DNA of 64,000 nucleotides from the human T2T-CHM13v2.0 reference genome, Homo sapiens. The notes beneath the pieces were generated by a model that saw only the letters and a list, made by a program, of their open reading frames with translations, was not told the DNA's origin and searched no databases. The DNA lies in the NCBI RefSeq assembly GCF_009914755.1, contig NC_060934.1. One strand, given 5' to 3'. Shown here piece after piece: positions 16,826 to 33,092 of this stretch. A program made the translations under genes and the position numbers. The stretch's first letter is position 1, and every line of letters starts with the position of its first letter.

Positions 16826-17084
16826 AGCTAAGCAGGGTGGCTCATGCCTGTAATCCCAGCACACTGGGAGGCTTAGATGGGAGGATTGTTTGAGCCCATG
16901 AGTTTGAGACCAGCTTGGGCAACATGGCAAAATCTTATCTTTACAAAAAAAAAATTTATTTTAATTAGCTGGGTATGTTGGTATGCATCTGTGGTCCCAG
17001 CTACTCAGGAGGCTGAGGCAAGAGGGTCAGTTGAGCCTGAGTGGTGATGCTGCAGGCAGCCATGCTCATGCCACTGCACTCCAG
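16826..17084 (+). mobile_element. AluJ, 3'-truncated (no tail)
   Basis: Alu ends at CACTCCAG and is fused directly to downstream L1 ORF2. Confidence 0.88.
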
Positions 17085-18335
17085 GCAATAAGACAAGAAA
17101 AGGAAATAAAAGATATAAAGATTGGGAAGGAATAAATAAAAGCTTCTTTGTTAACAAATGGCATGGTTGTCTATGTAGAAAATCCAAAAGAATTGACCCA
17201 AAAGAACTCTTGGAACTAATAAGTGGTTAGAGAGAGAATGCAGGAAATTTTAAAAGTCAATTGTTTTCTTACATATCATCAATGCATAAGTAGAATTTGA
17301 AATTAAAAACACAATACCATTTACATTAGGAACACCCCGAAAGAAATACTTAGGTATAACTCTCATAAAGTAAGTATAAGATCTATATGAGAAAAACTAC
17401 AAAACTGTGATGAGAGAAATCAAAGAAGAACTAAATAAATTAAGATACATTCCATGTTCATGGTTAGAAAGACTCAATATTGTCAAGATGTCAGTTCTTC
17501 CAAATTTGATCTTTAGGTTCAACGAATCCTAATCAAAATCCCAGCAAGTTATTTTGTGGATTTTGACAAACTGATTCTAAAGTTTACACGGAGAAGCAAA
17601 AGAACCAGAATAGCCAACACGACGTTGAAAGCAAAGAATAGAGTTGAACAACTGACACTACCAAAGTTCAAGACTTATTATAAATCCACAGTAATCAGGA
17701 CAGTGTGATATTGGCAAAAGAACAGAGACATAGATCAATGGAATGGAATGGAATATAGAGCCCAGAAATTGACCCACACAAGTATAGTCAACTGATCCTT
17801 GACAAAGAAACAAAGGCAACACAATGGAGAAAAGATTGTCTTCTTAACAAACGGTGCTGGAACAACTGGGCATCCAAGTGCAAAAAAAAAAAGGAATCTA
17901 GACACAGACTTTACATTCTTCAAAAAAGTTAACTCAAAATGGATCATAGAACTAAACGTAAAATGCAAAACAATAAAATGCTTACAAGATAAACTGGAAA
18001 AATCTAGATGACCTTGAGTTTCATAATTTTTAGATACAATACCAAAGCCTCAATCTGTGAAAGAAATAACTGATAATCTGTACTTTATTAAAATTAAAAT
18101 CTTCTGCTTTGAAAGACACTGTTGAGAGAATGAGAAGACAAGCCACAGACTGGGGAGAAAACATTTGCAAAAGACATGTCTGATAAAGAACTGTTATCCA
18201 AAATTTACAAAAACCTTTTAAAACACAACAATAATTTATAATAGCATCAAAAAGAATAAAATACTTAGGCATTAACTTATCCAAAGAGGTGAAAGACTTG
18301 TACAATAAAAACTATAAAACATTGCTGAAAAAAAA

Positions 18336-18596
18336 TTTTTTTTTTTTTGAGACGGAGTCTCGTTCTTTTGCCCAGGCTGGAGTGCCTCCCAGGCTCATGC
18401 CATTCTCCTGCCTCAGCCTCCCGAGTAGCTGGGACTACAGGTGCCTGCGACCACGCCCGGCTAATTTTTTGTATTTTTAGTAGAGATGGGGTTTCACTGT
18501 GTTAGCCAGGATGGTCTCAATCTCCTGACCTTGTGATCCACCCGCCTCAGCCTCCAAAAGTGCTGGGATTACAGGCGTGAGCCACCGCGCCCGGCC
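18336..18596 (-). mobile_element. AluY with short internal deletion
   Basis: CCATTCTCCTGCC, TTAGCCAGGATGGTCTC; TSD TGAAAAA(A/T)ATTTTT. Confidence 0.9.
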
Positions 18597-18698
18597 TGAA
18601 AAATATTTTTAAAACATAAATAAGTGGAAATGCCTTCTATATTCTTGGGTTGGAGGACTCAATATTGTTAAGATGTCAATGCTGCCCAAAGTGATCTA

Positions 18699-19164
<466 letters not shown>

Positions 19165-20414
19165 TTACTACCAAGCTACAATAATCAAAATCATGTGGTA
19201 TTAACATAAAAACAGATATATATATATATAAAATAGAATAGAGAACCCAGAAATAAACCCTCACATATATGGTCAAATGATTTTTGACAAGGATGTCAAG
19301 ATCTTTCAATTGGGAAGGCAACAATCTTTTCAACAAATAGTTCTGGGAAAACTGGCTATCCACTTGCAAAAGAATGAAGTTTAACATTTACTTAACACCA
19401 TTTAAAAAATTAACTCAAGATGAATCTAAGATCTAAACATAACATATGAAACTATACAACTCTTAGAAAAAAACAGGGCAAAACCTTCCTGACATCAGAT
19501 TTGGCAGTGATTTCTTGGATATGACACCAAAGGCATAGGCAACAAAAGAAAAAAATAGACAAATTAGACTTTATCAAAATGTTTTAATGTTATGCATCCA
19601 AACACGTTATCAGAAAAGTAAGAAGGCAACCCACAAAGTGGGAGACAACATTTGCAAACCATATATCTGATAAAGGATTAATATCCAGAATATCTAGAGA
19701 ACTCCTAAAACTTAACAACAAAAAACAAACATCCCAATTCACAAATGGACAAAGGAGTTGAATAGACATTTCTCCAAAGAAAGTACAGAATGGCTAATAA
19801 CCACATGGAAAGATGTTCAACATCATGAATCATTAAGGAAAGGCAAATCAAAACTACAATGAGATACCACCTCATACCCATTAGGATGGCTACTATTTAG
19901 AAAACCTGAAAATAATAAGTGTTAGTGAAATTGGAACCCTTGTGGACTATTGGTGGAAATGTAAATGTAAATGTATATGGTACAGCCACCATAGAAAATG
20001 GTATGGCAGTTCCTCAAAAAATTAAAAATAGAATTACCATATGATCCAGCAATTCCACTCCTGGGTATATACCTAAAAGAACTAATGTCACAAAAAGACT
20101 AATATTCTATGATGCCACTTATATGAGATATCTAGAGTAGCCAAATTCATAGAGACAGAAAGTAGAACAGTGGTTGCCAGAAACTGAGGAGTGGGGGGAA
20201 TAGGGAGTTATTGTTTAATGGATATAGAGTTTTCATTTTGCAAGATGGAAAAGCTCTAGAATGGATGGTGCTGGTGGTTGCATGACAATATGAATATATT
20301 TAATACCACTGAACTATGCACTTAAAATGGATCAGATGGCAAATTTTATCTTCTGTGTATTTTAACACAATTTTAAAATTGAGAAAAACTCAACAATAAG
20401 AAAATGAACAACTG

Positions 20415-20530
20415 GACAAGACATGGTGGTTCATGCCTGTAATTCCAGCTCTTTGGGAAGCTGAGGTGAAAGGATTGCTTGAGCCCAGGAGTTCAAAACC
20501 AGCCTGGGCAACATAGCAAGACCTCATCTC
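20415..20530 (+). mobile_element. FLAM / Alu left monomer
   Basis: Monomer ending GCAAGACCTCATCTC. Confidence 0.85.
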
Positions 20531-20745
20531 AGAAAGGAAAGGAAAGGAAAGAAGAGGAAAGGAAAGGAAAGGAAAGGAAAGGAAAGGAAAGGAAAGGAGA
20601 GGAGAGGAGAGGAGAGGAGAGGAGAGGAGAGGGGAGGGGAGGGGAGGAGAGGGGAGGGGAGGGGAGGGGAGGGGAGGGGAGAGGAGGGCGAGGGGGAGGA
20701 AGAAAGGAAAGAGAGAGAGAAAGGAAGGAAAGAAGGAAGGAAGGA
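20531..20745 (+). repeat. Compound polypurine pentamer repeat (GGAAA)n(GGAGA)n(GGGGA)n
   Basis: Read directly. Confidence 0.95.
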
Positions 20746-23217
20746 ACTCATTTTAAAAATTGGCAAAAGACCTGAAGATGCCTCACCAAAGAAGATATAC
20801 AGATGGCAAATAAGCATATGAAAAGATACTCCATATCATATGTCACTAGAGAATTGCAAATTAAAACAACAAAGAGATACCACTACATATCTATTGGAAT
20901 GGCAAAAAAACAAGACACAACACCAAATGCTGGTGAGGATATGGAGCAACAGGAACATTCATTGCTGTTTGGAACACAAAATGGTACAGCTATTTTGGAA
21001 GACAGTGTGGCAGTTTTTTACAAAACTAAACGTACTCTTACCATACAATCCAGCAATCACACTCCTTGGTTACTTACTCAAATGAGTTTAAAACATATGT
21101 CTACACAAAAACCTACACACCAATGTTTAGAGCAGCTTTGTGCATAATTGTCAAAACTGGGAAGCAACCAAGAAGTCTTTCAGTAGACGAATGGATAAAT
21201 AAACTGTGGCACATCCTTACAAGGGAATATTATTCAGCAATAAAAATAAATGAACTATCAAGCCATGGAAAGACATGAAAGAATCTTAAATGTATCTTAT
21301 TAACTGAAGGAAGCCAATCTGAAATGGCTATATAGTGTATGATTCCAACTATAGGATACCCTGGAAAAGACAGCACTATGAATACAGTAAAATGATCAGT
21401 GGTCACCAGGAGTTAGAGGGAGGGAGGAAGGGAAGGATGAATAGGCATGGTACAGATTTTGGGGACAGTGAAATGTTCTGCATGATGCTATAATAGTGGA
21501 TATATGTAATTATACATTTGTTAGGACCCATAAATGGACAACATCAAGAGTGAACCCTACTATGGACTACAGGTGATGACAAAGTGTCAGTGTAGCTTCA
21601 TCAAGTCTAACAAATGTACCACTCTGGTGCTGATGTTCCTAGTGAGGGAGGATACCTGGAGTAAGAAGGGGCATACATGGGAACTCTCTATTTTCCTCTC
21701 CATTTTTCTGTGACCCTAAAACTGCTCTAAAAAAAAAATAAAGTTTGAAAATGGCAGATAAGAGGAAGGACTGACTTGCCGCTCCCACTCGGACAGACAA
21801 AGCAGCATATGGAGACTAACATCATGAACTTTTGCTCCAAGAACTACTGCAGGAATGTACCAGGAAAGCTGAGAGAATCCACAGACCCTTTGAAGGAAGC
21901 AGCTTGCCACTTTAGGCTCCATGAGACAGCCAATAAACTGTGAGTGCCAAAGTGTGAGAGGGTGAATGTCTGCCCCCAAACACATACTTTCACTGGGAAA
22001 CCTGAAGGTCCAGATCATAAGAGAAGGATTTGACCTTACCTGGAGCTGAGACAAATGCTGAGAGCCGCACAAAATATAGGGGTAGAGAAAGCAGCAGCAA
22101 GAGCCCTGTGGGCACTCTCAGTCCTCAGGGAAGCCTTTTCTGTCTTTATCTTGCAACTTGGGGAGGGCTGCCAGTGGAATTGAGGAAAAACCAGAGGGAG
22201 AGGAAAACTTCCAGTTGAATTTTATAACAATTTCTACCGAACATGAAGTTTCCTGGACAGAATCTGGGGAGGGGGTCAAACAGGGAGTGCAGATACAAGC
22301 ACAGAAGCTGTGGCAGGCAGAGAGGCATAAAACCTGAAAGCCCTGCTTCTGTTGTCAGCAGGGAGGCTTGTAGCCTGGGACAAGTTCTCAGCCCTGCTCG
22401 CCTGCTGCCTGGAAATAAACTTGATGCTGTTGGGGGAGCATGCTGACAGTGAGACCAGCCTTTCCAGCTGCGTGGGAGCTGGGTAACACCTGTCACTGTC
22501 GGCTTTCCCCCACTTCCCTGGCGACCTGTATGACACGGCAGAGGCAGCCATAATCCCCCTGGGAACATAACTCCATTGGCCTGAGAACCACACCCTTATC
22601 CCCCACAGCAGTCACAGCAAGCCCCACCCAACAAGAGTCTGAACTCAGATACAACTAACCCTGCCCCCACCTGATGGTCTTTCTCTACCTGCCCTGGTAG
22701 CAGAAGACAAAGGACATAATCTCTTGGGAGCTCTATGGCCCTGCCCATCACCTGAGAAACCCGAATACTTATCCAGGCAACCCTAGGGCAAACTTGTATC
22801 CTCTCTATAGTACCACAGCTGATGCTCTCTTGAAAGCACCACCTCCTGGCTAGAGGTCAACCAACACAAAACCAGCACACCAAACAAAAACACAACCAAG
22901 GACCCTCACACAGTCCACTTCACTCCCCTGCTACCTCCACCAGAGCAGGTGCCAGCATCCACAGCTGAGAGACCTGAAGACACATCACAGGACTCTTTGC
23001 AGACAATCCCCAGTACCAGCTTGGAGCCCAGCAGCTCCGCTGGGTGGCTAGACCCAGAAGAGAAATAACAATCACTGCAGTTCAGCTCTCAGAAAGCCCC
23101 ACCCCTTCCCTAGGGGAAGGGGGAGAGTACCACATCAAGGGAGCACCCTGTGGGACAAAAGAACCTGAACAGCAGCCCCTGAGCCCCAGGTCTTCCCTAT
23201 GACATAGTCTCCCCAAA

Positions 23218-24228
23218 TGAGAATAAACCATAAAACAATTCTGGTAGTATGACAAAATAAGGTTCCTTAACACCCCCAAAAGATCACACTAAGCTCACCA
23301 ACAATGGATCACACTAAGCTCACCAACAATGGATCTAAAAGAAAAAGAAATATTTAAATTGCCAGAAAAAGAATTCAGAAGGTCAATTATTAAGCTACTC
23401 AAGGAGGCACCAGAGAAAGGTGAATACCAACTTAAAGAAATTTTTAAAATGTTAAATCATATGGACAGAAAAATCTCCAGGGAAATAGATGGCATAAATA
23501 AAAAACAATCACAGCTTCTGGAAATGAAGGACATACTTAGAGAAATGCAAAATACACTGGAAAGTCTCAAACAATAGATTCAAACAGATAGCAGAAAGAA
23601 TTTCAGCGCTCAAAGATAAGGCTTTCAAATTAACCCAATCTGACAAACACAAAGAAAAAAGAATTTTAACAATGAACAAAGCCTCGAAGAAGTTTGGGAT
23701 TATATTAAATGACCAAATCTAAGAACAAGTGGTGTTCCCAAGGAAGAAGAGAAATCTAAAAGTTTGGAAGACATAGTTCAGGGAATAATCAAGGAAAACT
23801 TCCCTGGCCTTGCTAGAGATCTAGACATCCAAATACAAGAAGCTCAAAGAACACCAGGGAAATTCATTGCAAAAAGATCATCATCTAGGCACATAGTCAT
23901 CAGATTATCTAAAGTCAAGACAAACAAAAGAATCTTAAGAGCTGTGAGGCAAAAGCATCAGGTAACCTATAAAGGAAAACCTATCAGATTAACAGCAGAT
24001 TTCTCAGCAGAAATGCTACAAGCAAGAAGGGATTGGGGTCCTATCTTTAGCCTTCTTAAACAAAATAATTTTCAGCCAAGAATTTTGTATTCTGCGAAAC
24101 TAAGCTTCATAAATGAAGGAAAGATACAGTCTTTTTCAGACAAACAAATGCTGAGAGAATTCGTCATTACCAAGCCAGCACTACAAGAACTGCTAAAAGG
24201 AACTCTAAATCTTGAAACAAATCCTTGA
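23218..24228 (+). pseudogene. L1 ORF1p relic (frameshifts/stops)
   Basis: ORF track fragments ..IIKENFPGLARDLDIQIQEAQRTP..RHIVIRLSKV..YKGKPIRLTADFS.. Confidence 0.9.
23282..23335. repeat. Perfect 25-bp tandem duplication
   Basis: GATCACACTAAGCTCACCAACAATG x2 + GATC. Confidence 0.95.
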
Positions 24229-24830
24229 AATACACCAAAATAGAAACTCTTTAAAGCATGAATTTCACAGAACCTATAAGAAAATAACACAATGAAAAAA
24301 AAACACCCAAGGTATTCAGGTAACAAACAGTACAATGAATAGACTAGAATAGTACCTCATATCTCAATACTACTTTTGAATATAAATGGCCTAAATGGTC
24401 CACTTAAAAGACACAGAATGGCAGAATGGATAAGAATTCACCACCCAAGTATCTACTGTCTTCAAGAGACTCACCCAACACATAAGGCCTCACATAAACT
24501 TAAGCTGAAGGAGTGGAAAGAGATATTCCATGCAAATGGACACCAAAAGCAAGCAAGAGTAGCTATTTTTATATTAGACAAAACAGACTTTAAAACAACA
24601 ATGGTTAAAAAAGATAAAGAGTGACATTATATAATGATAAAAGGACTAGTCCAAAAGGAAAATTCCACTATCCTAAATATATATGCACCTAACACTGGAG
24701 CTCCCAAATTTATAAAACAATTACTACTAGACCTAAGAAATGAGAGAGACAGCAACATAATAATAGGGGGGGACTTCAACACTCCACTGACAGCACTAGA
24801 CAGGTCATTAAGACAAAAAGTCAACAAAGA

Positions 24831-25122
<292 letters not shown>

Positions 25123-25837
25123 GTCAACAAAGAAAAAATGGACTTAAATTATACCCTAAAACAAATGTACTTAACAGTTATTTTACAGATCATTCTACCC
25201 AACAACTGCAGAATATACATAGTATTCACCACCACAAGAAACATTCTCCAAGATAGACCATATGATGGGCCACAAAACAAGTCTCAATAAATTTAGGAAA
25301 ACCCAAATTATATCAAGTATTCTCTTAAACCACAGTGGAATAAAATTGGAAATCAACTCCAAAAGGAACCCTCAAAATCATGCAAATACATGAAAATTAA
25401 ATAACCTGCTCCTGAATGATCATTGGGTCAACAATGAAATCAGGATGGAAATTTAAAAATTCTTTGGACTGAACAATAATAGTGACACAACCTATCAAAA
25501 CCTCTGAAATACAGCAAAAGCAGTGCTAAAAGGAAAGTTCATAGCATTGCATGCCTACATCAAAAAGTCTGAAAAAGCGCAAATAGACAATCTAAGGTCA
25601 CACCTCAAGGAGCTAGAGAAACAAGAACAAACCAAACCCAAACCCAGCAGAAGAAAAGAAATAGCAAAGATCAGAGCAGAACCAAATGAAATTGAAACAA
25701 AATAAACAATACAAAAGATAAGTAAAACAAAAAGTTGGTTATTTGAAAAGATAAATAAAATTGATAGACCATTAGCGAGATTAGCCAAGAAAAGAAGAAA
25801 GAAGAATCAAATAAACTCAACTAGAAATTAAACAGGA

Positions 25838-26152
<315 letters not shown>

Positions 26153-28615
26153 TTACAACCCATACCACAGAAATACAAAAGATCATTCAAGGCTACTGTG
26201 AAAACCTTTACACACACAAACTAGAAAATCTAGACGAGACTGATAAATTCCTGGAGATATACAATCATCCTAGATTAAACCAGGAAAGAATAGAAATTGA
26301 ACAGACCAATAATAAGCAGCAAGATTGAAGTGGTAATTTCAAAAATTGCCAACAAAAAAGTCCAGGATCAGATAGATTCACAGATGAATTCTATCAGATA
26401 TTCAAAGAAGAATTGGTACCAATCTTATTGACACTATTCCAAAAGACAGAGAAAGAGGGAATCCTCCCTAAATCATTCTATGAAGCCAGTATCACCCTAA
26501 TATGAAAACCAGGAAAGGACATAACAACAACAAGAAAAAAAACTAGAGACCAATATCCCTGATGAACACAGATGCAAAAATCCTCAACAAAATACTAGCT
26601 AACCAACATATCATATCAAACATATCAACAGCATATCAAAAAGGTTATCCACCATGATCAAGCGGGTTTAATACCAGGGATGCAGGGATGGTTTAACATA
26701 TGCAAGTCAATAGATGTAATACACCATATAAACAGAATTAAAAACAAAAATCACATGATCATCTCCATAGACACAGGAAAAGCTTTTGACAAAATCTAGC
26801 ATATCCTTTGTGACTAAAATCCTCAGCAAAATGGACACAGAAGAGATGTACTTTAAGGTAATAAAAGCCATCTATGACAAACCCACAGCCAACATTATAC
26901 TTAATGGGGAAAAGTTAAAAGCATTCCCCCTGAGAACTGGAACAAGACAAGGATGCCAACTTTCACCACTTCTGTTCAACATAGTACTGGAAGTCCCAGC
27001 CAGAGCAATCAGAAAGAGAAAGAAATAAAGGGCAACCAAATCAGTAAAGAGGAAGTCAAACTGTTGCTGTTCATTGATGATATGATTACATATCTAGAAA
27101 ACCCTAAAGACTCATTCAAAAAGCTCCTGGAACGGATAAATGAATTTAGTAAAGTGTCAGGATACAAAATTAATGTACGCAAATCAATAGCACTGTTATA
27201 CACCAACAGCAATCAAGGTGAGAATCAAATCAAGGACTCAAAAAGATAAAATACTTAGGAATATACCTAATCAAGGAGGTGAAAGACATCTACAAAGGAA
27301 ACTACAAAACACTACTGAAAGAAATTGTAGATGACACAAATGGAAACACATCCCATGCTCATGCATGGGTAGAATCAATATTGTGAAAATGACCATACTG
27401 CCTACTGAATCTACAAATTCAATGCAATTGTTATCGAAATACCACCATCATTCTTCACAGAACCAGAAAAAATGATCCTAAAATTCATATGGAACCAAAA
27501 AAGAGCCCCCATAGTCAAAGCAAGACTTGGCAAAAAGAACAAATCAGGAGGCATCACAATACCCAACTTCAAACTATATTATGAGGCCATAGTCACCAAA
27601 ACAGCATGGTACTGGTATAAAAATAGGCACATAGACCAGCGGAACATCATAGAGAACCCAGGAATAAAGCCAAATACTTACAACCAACTGATCTTTGACA
27701 AAGCAAACAAAAACATAAAGTGGGTGAAGGACACCGTATTCAACAAACGGTGCTGGGATAATTGGCAAGACACATTTAGAAGAATAAAATTGGATCTCAT
27801 CTCTCACCTTTACATAAAATCATCAAGATGGAGCAAAGACTTAAATCTAAGACATGAAACCATAAAAATACTAGACGATGACATTGAAAAAACCCTTCTA
27901 GACGTTGGCTTAGGCAACGATTTCATGACCAAGAATCGAAAAGCAAACACAAGAAAAAGAAAGGTAAATAGATGGAACTCAATTAAACAAAAACCTTCAC
28001 ACAGCAAAAGAAATAATCAGCAGGGTAAACAGACAACCCACAGAGCGGGAGAAAAATCTTCACAATCTGTACATCTGACAAAGTGCTAAATTTTTACATC
28101 TGACAAAGGACAGATGTAGATTCAGAATCTACAAGGAACTCAAACAAATCAGCAAGAAAAAAAAGAACCTCATCAAAAAGTGGGCTAAGGATGTGAATAG
28201 ATAATCCTCAAAAGAAGATATACAAATGGCCAACAAACATATGGAAAAAAATGTTCAATACCACTCATGATCAGGGAAATGCAAATCAAAACCACAATGA
28301 AATACTACTTTACTCCTGCAATAATGGCCATAATCAAAAAATCAAAAAATAATAGATGTTGGCATGGATGTGGTAAAAAGGGAACACAAGGGTGGGAATG
28401 TAAACTAGTATAACCACTGTGGAAAACAATGTGGAGATTTCTTAAAGAACTAAAAGTAGATCTACCATTTGATCCAGCAATCCCACCCAAAGGAAAAGAA
28501 GTCATTATACGAAAAAGATACCTGCACACACATGTTTGTAGCAGCACAATTTGCAATTGCAAAAATATGGAACCAGCCCAAATGTCCATCAATCAATGAG
28601 TGGATAAAGAAAATG

Positions 28616-28616
<1 letters not shown>

Positions 28617-28657
<41 letters not shown>
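28617..28657. repeat. (TG)n microsatellite
   Basis: About 20 TG units. Confidence 0.97.
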
Positions 28658-28659
<2 letters not shown>

Positions 28660-29287
28660 ACACAACATGGACTACTCAGCCATGAGAAGGAATGAAATAA
28701 TGGCATTTGCAGCAACCTGGATGGAATTGGAGACCATTATTCTAAGTGAAGTAACTCAGGAATGGAAAACCAAGCATTGTATGTTCTCACTCATAAGTGG
28801 GAGCTAAGCTATGAAGACTCAAAGGCATAAGAATGATACAATGGACTTTGGCTTCTTGTGGGGATGGGTGGGAGGAGGGTGAGGGATAAACACAAATGAC
28901 TACACACTGGGTACAGTGTACACTGCTCGGGTGATGAGTGCACCAAAATCTCAGATCAAAATCTCAGAAATCACCACTAAAGAACTTATTCATGTAACCA
29001 AATACCACTTGTCCCCAAAAAACCTATTGAAATTTAAAAATAATAGTAAAATTTTTAAATAAAGTCTATTTTAAAAAGAAATTTTCGAATTATTTAAATA
29101 ATGAGAGAGAAAATAACAAATACTGAAGACAGTCAAAGAAGATTCAAAATATGGGTAATAGGAGTCTCCAAAGAAGAAAACTAAAACAAAAGAACAAAAC
29201 AAATGCCAAAATACTGTAATTTAAGAAAACTTTCTTCAAATTAAAAATAAAAGCTCTGAAACTATATTTTAAAAGAACACACCATGT

Positions 29288-30212
<925 letters not shown>

Positions 30213-30723
30213 CACCATGTACCTGAGAATATTGACCCAGAATGACCAATATCACAAAATATTCAAATAAAATTACTATAAAGAAAAAAAGAAAAATCCT
30301 TTGACATCTAATCAAACAGTGAATAAGTTATAAGAGAAAGAAAATTAGATTATCCTGAAGCATTTCTATACCAGTGTTTCTCCAGAAGCAAATGGAGCAC
30401 ATATTTAAGATACTCAAAGAAAGAAAATGCAAGCCAAGGATTGTATATGCAGCAAAACTGACATTCAAGTGCAAAGGGCATAAACTGTTATCAACATATG
30501 CAAAAAAAAAGTTGGGAATATTGGTCCCATGAACCCTTTTTGAGAAATATACTACAGAATGAGCTTCAGCCATGCAAAATGACTAAAGAAAACATTTAAC
30601 ATAATGACTGGTGATGAGTAATAAACATGCAGTTACAGTATTAGTTATATAACAAATACTAAATGAGAGCTAAAAGGGGAAGATTATAGTATACAATGGC
30701 TGATGTTCAAACAGTGTAGATAA

Positions 30724-31108
<385 letters not shown>

Positions 31109-31354
31109 GCAAAAATGTATTTTAACTGCTCTCAGTAATAACATTGGTGGCAGTGGTATTACTATTATTCTGAGGGTATTTCGTGTAAACATGGGATGAA
31201 GTAAATGATTATGGCACATTCTATCATGTCTTATGTCCCTGAGAAACAAGATTCTTGGTGAAAAAGAAAGGAGGTACAAATGTGATATAGAAGAGGTTGA
31301 ATTTTATAACTCTGTGGTTATGAATTAGACGTGTCAATCTGAACTCAGAAGATA

Positions 31355-32043
<689 letters not shown>

Positions 32044-33092
32044 TGTATTTTATCTTTTAAAAGGAAAAAAAATGTACACATACATATAATATCTTAGCTC
32101 TGTTCACTAAAGGAGCCTGAAGATGATGACCAACCTAATAGCATTGATTATCCCTAGCACCCAGATTGGTTGAAATACTATTTTCCACTAAATAAAACTA
32201 AGACTTCTTGGGGAAATTGTTGATTCCTGATTTGGGGCAGAAAATGTGGAAGATGGGCCTGGAGCATTTTCTTACACTGGAAAAGAAGGAGTTACCAAGC
32301 TACTAAGGTGTAAAAAGGACTCAGTGCCAACTTGAAGGGGCTCCCATCAGCCAGAGATAGGAAAATTTGAGCTTCTAAAGGATAATAATTGCAATTGATT
32401 AAAACCCATCAATCAGTGAGTTAATAATGATATTTAAAATGATTTTTTAAAAACTAATGGGTAACCTTGAGAGAATGATATGAAACCAATTCATTATCTT
32501 AAATGAAGCATTTACTCTGCCTTCTTGTATAAACCATACCATGGGTAATCAAATACTAATGACAATATGTGTCTCTTTATAAAGGTACTCTATCTAATAA
32601 ATGAAAAAATTAAAGAATTCAAATACCACCATTTTTCCATCCCCGATGAATTAATAAATGTAGGCATGTAGAATTAATGGCTGCTAGTATTACAAAAGGA
32701 AAGATAAGCAGAAATTATGTGCCTCCTGATGAAAGAGCACAGCAGCCCTGTAGTCCTGTCAAAGGTATTGAACCCCAGTCTAACCGAACCTCTGTATTCA
32801 GCTGCTCATTTGCAAGAAATACAAAAGACTACAACAATGTGTTGAACTGCACTGCAAATGTGCATCAGCAAATTCCAGACAGTGGGAAACTATAGGTCAA
32901 ATGCTACAGGTCTTCAATAGATAAAATGAAAGAAAAAGAAAGGGATGGAGAAGGATTCTGTATATTAAGAGATTTAAAAGATAAATAATTTTTAGTAGGC
33001 GAAACTAAACTACAGTGCCTAGAAATGTACACTGATGTGATAAAACTACAAAGTAACATAAGGAAGTGATCACTGTAAAAAGTCAGGATAAG

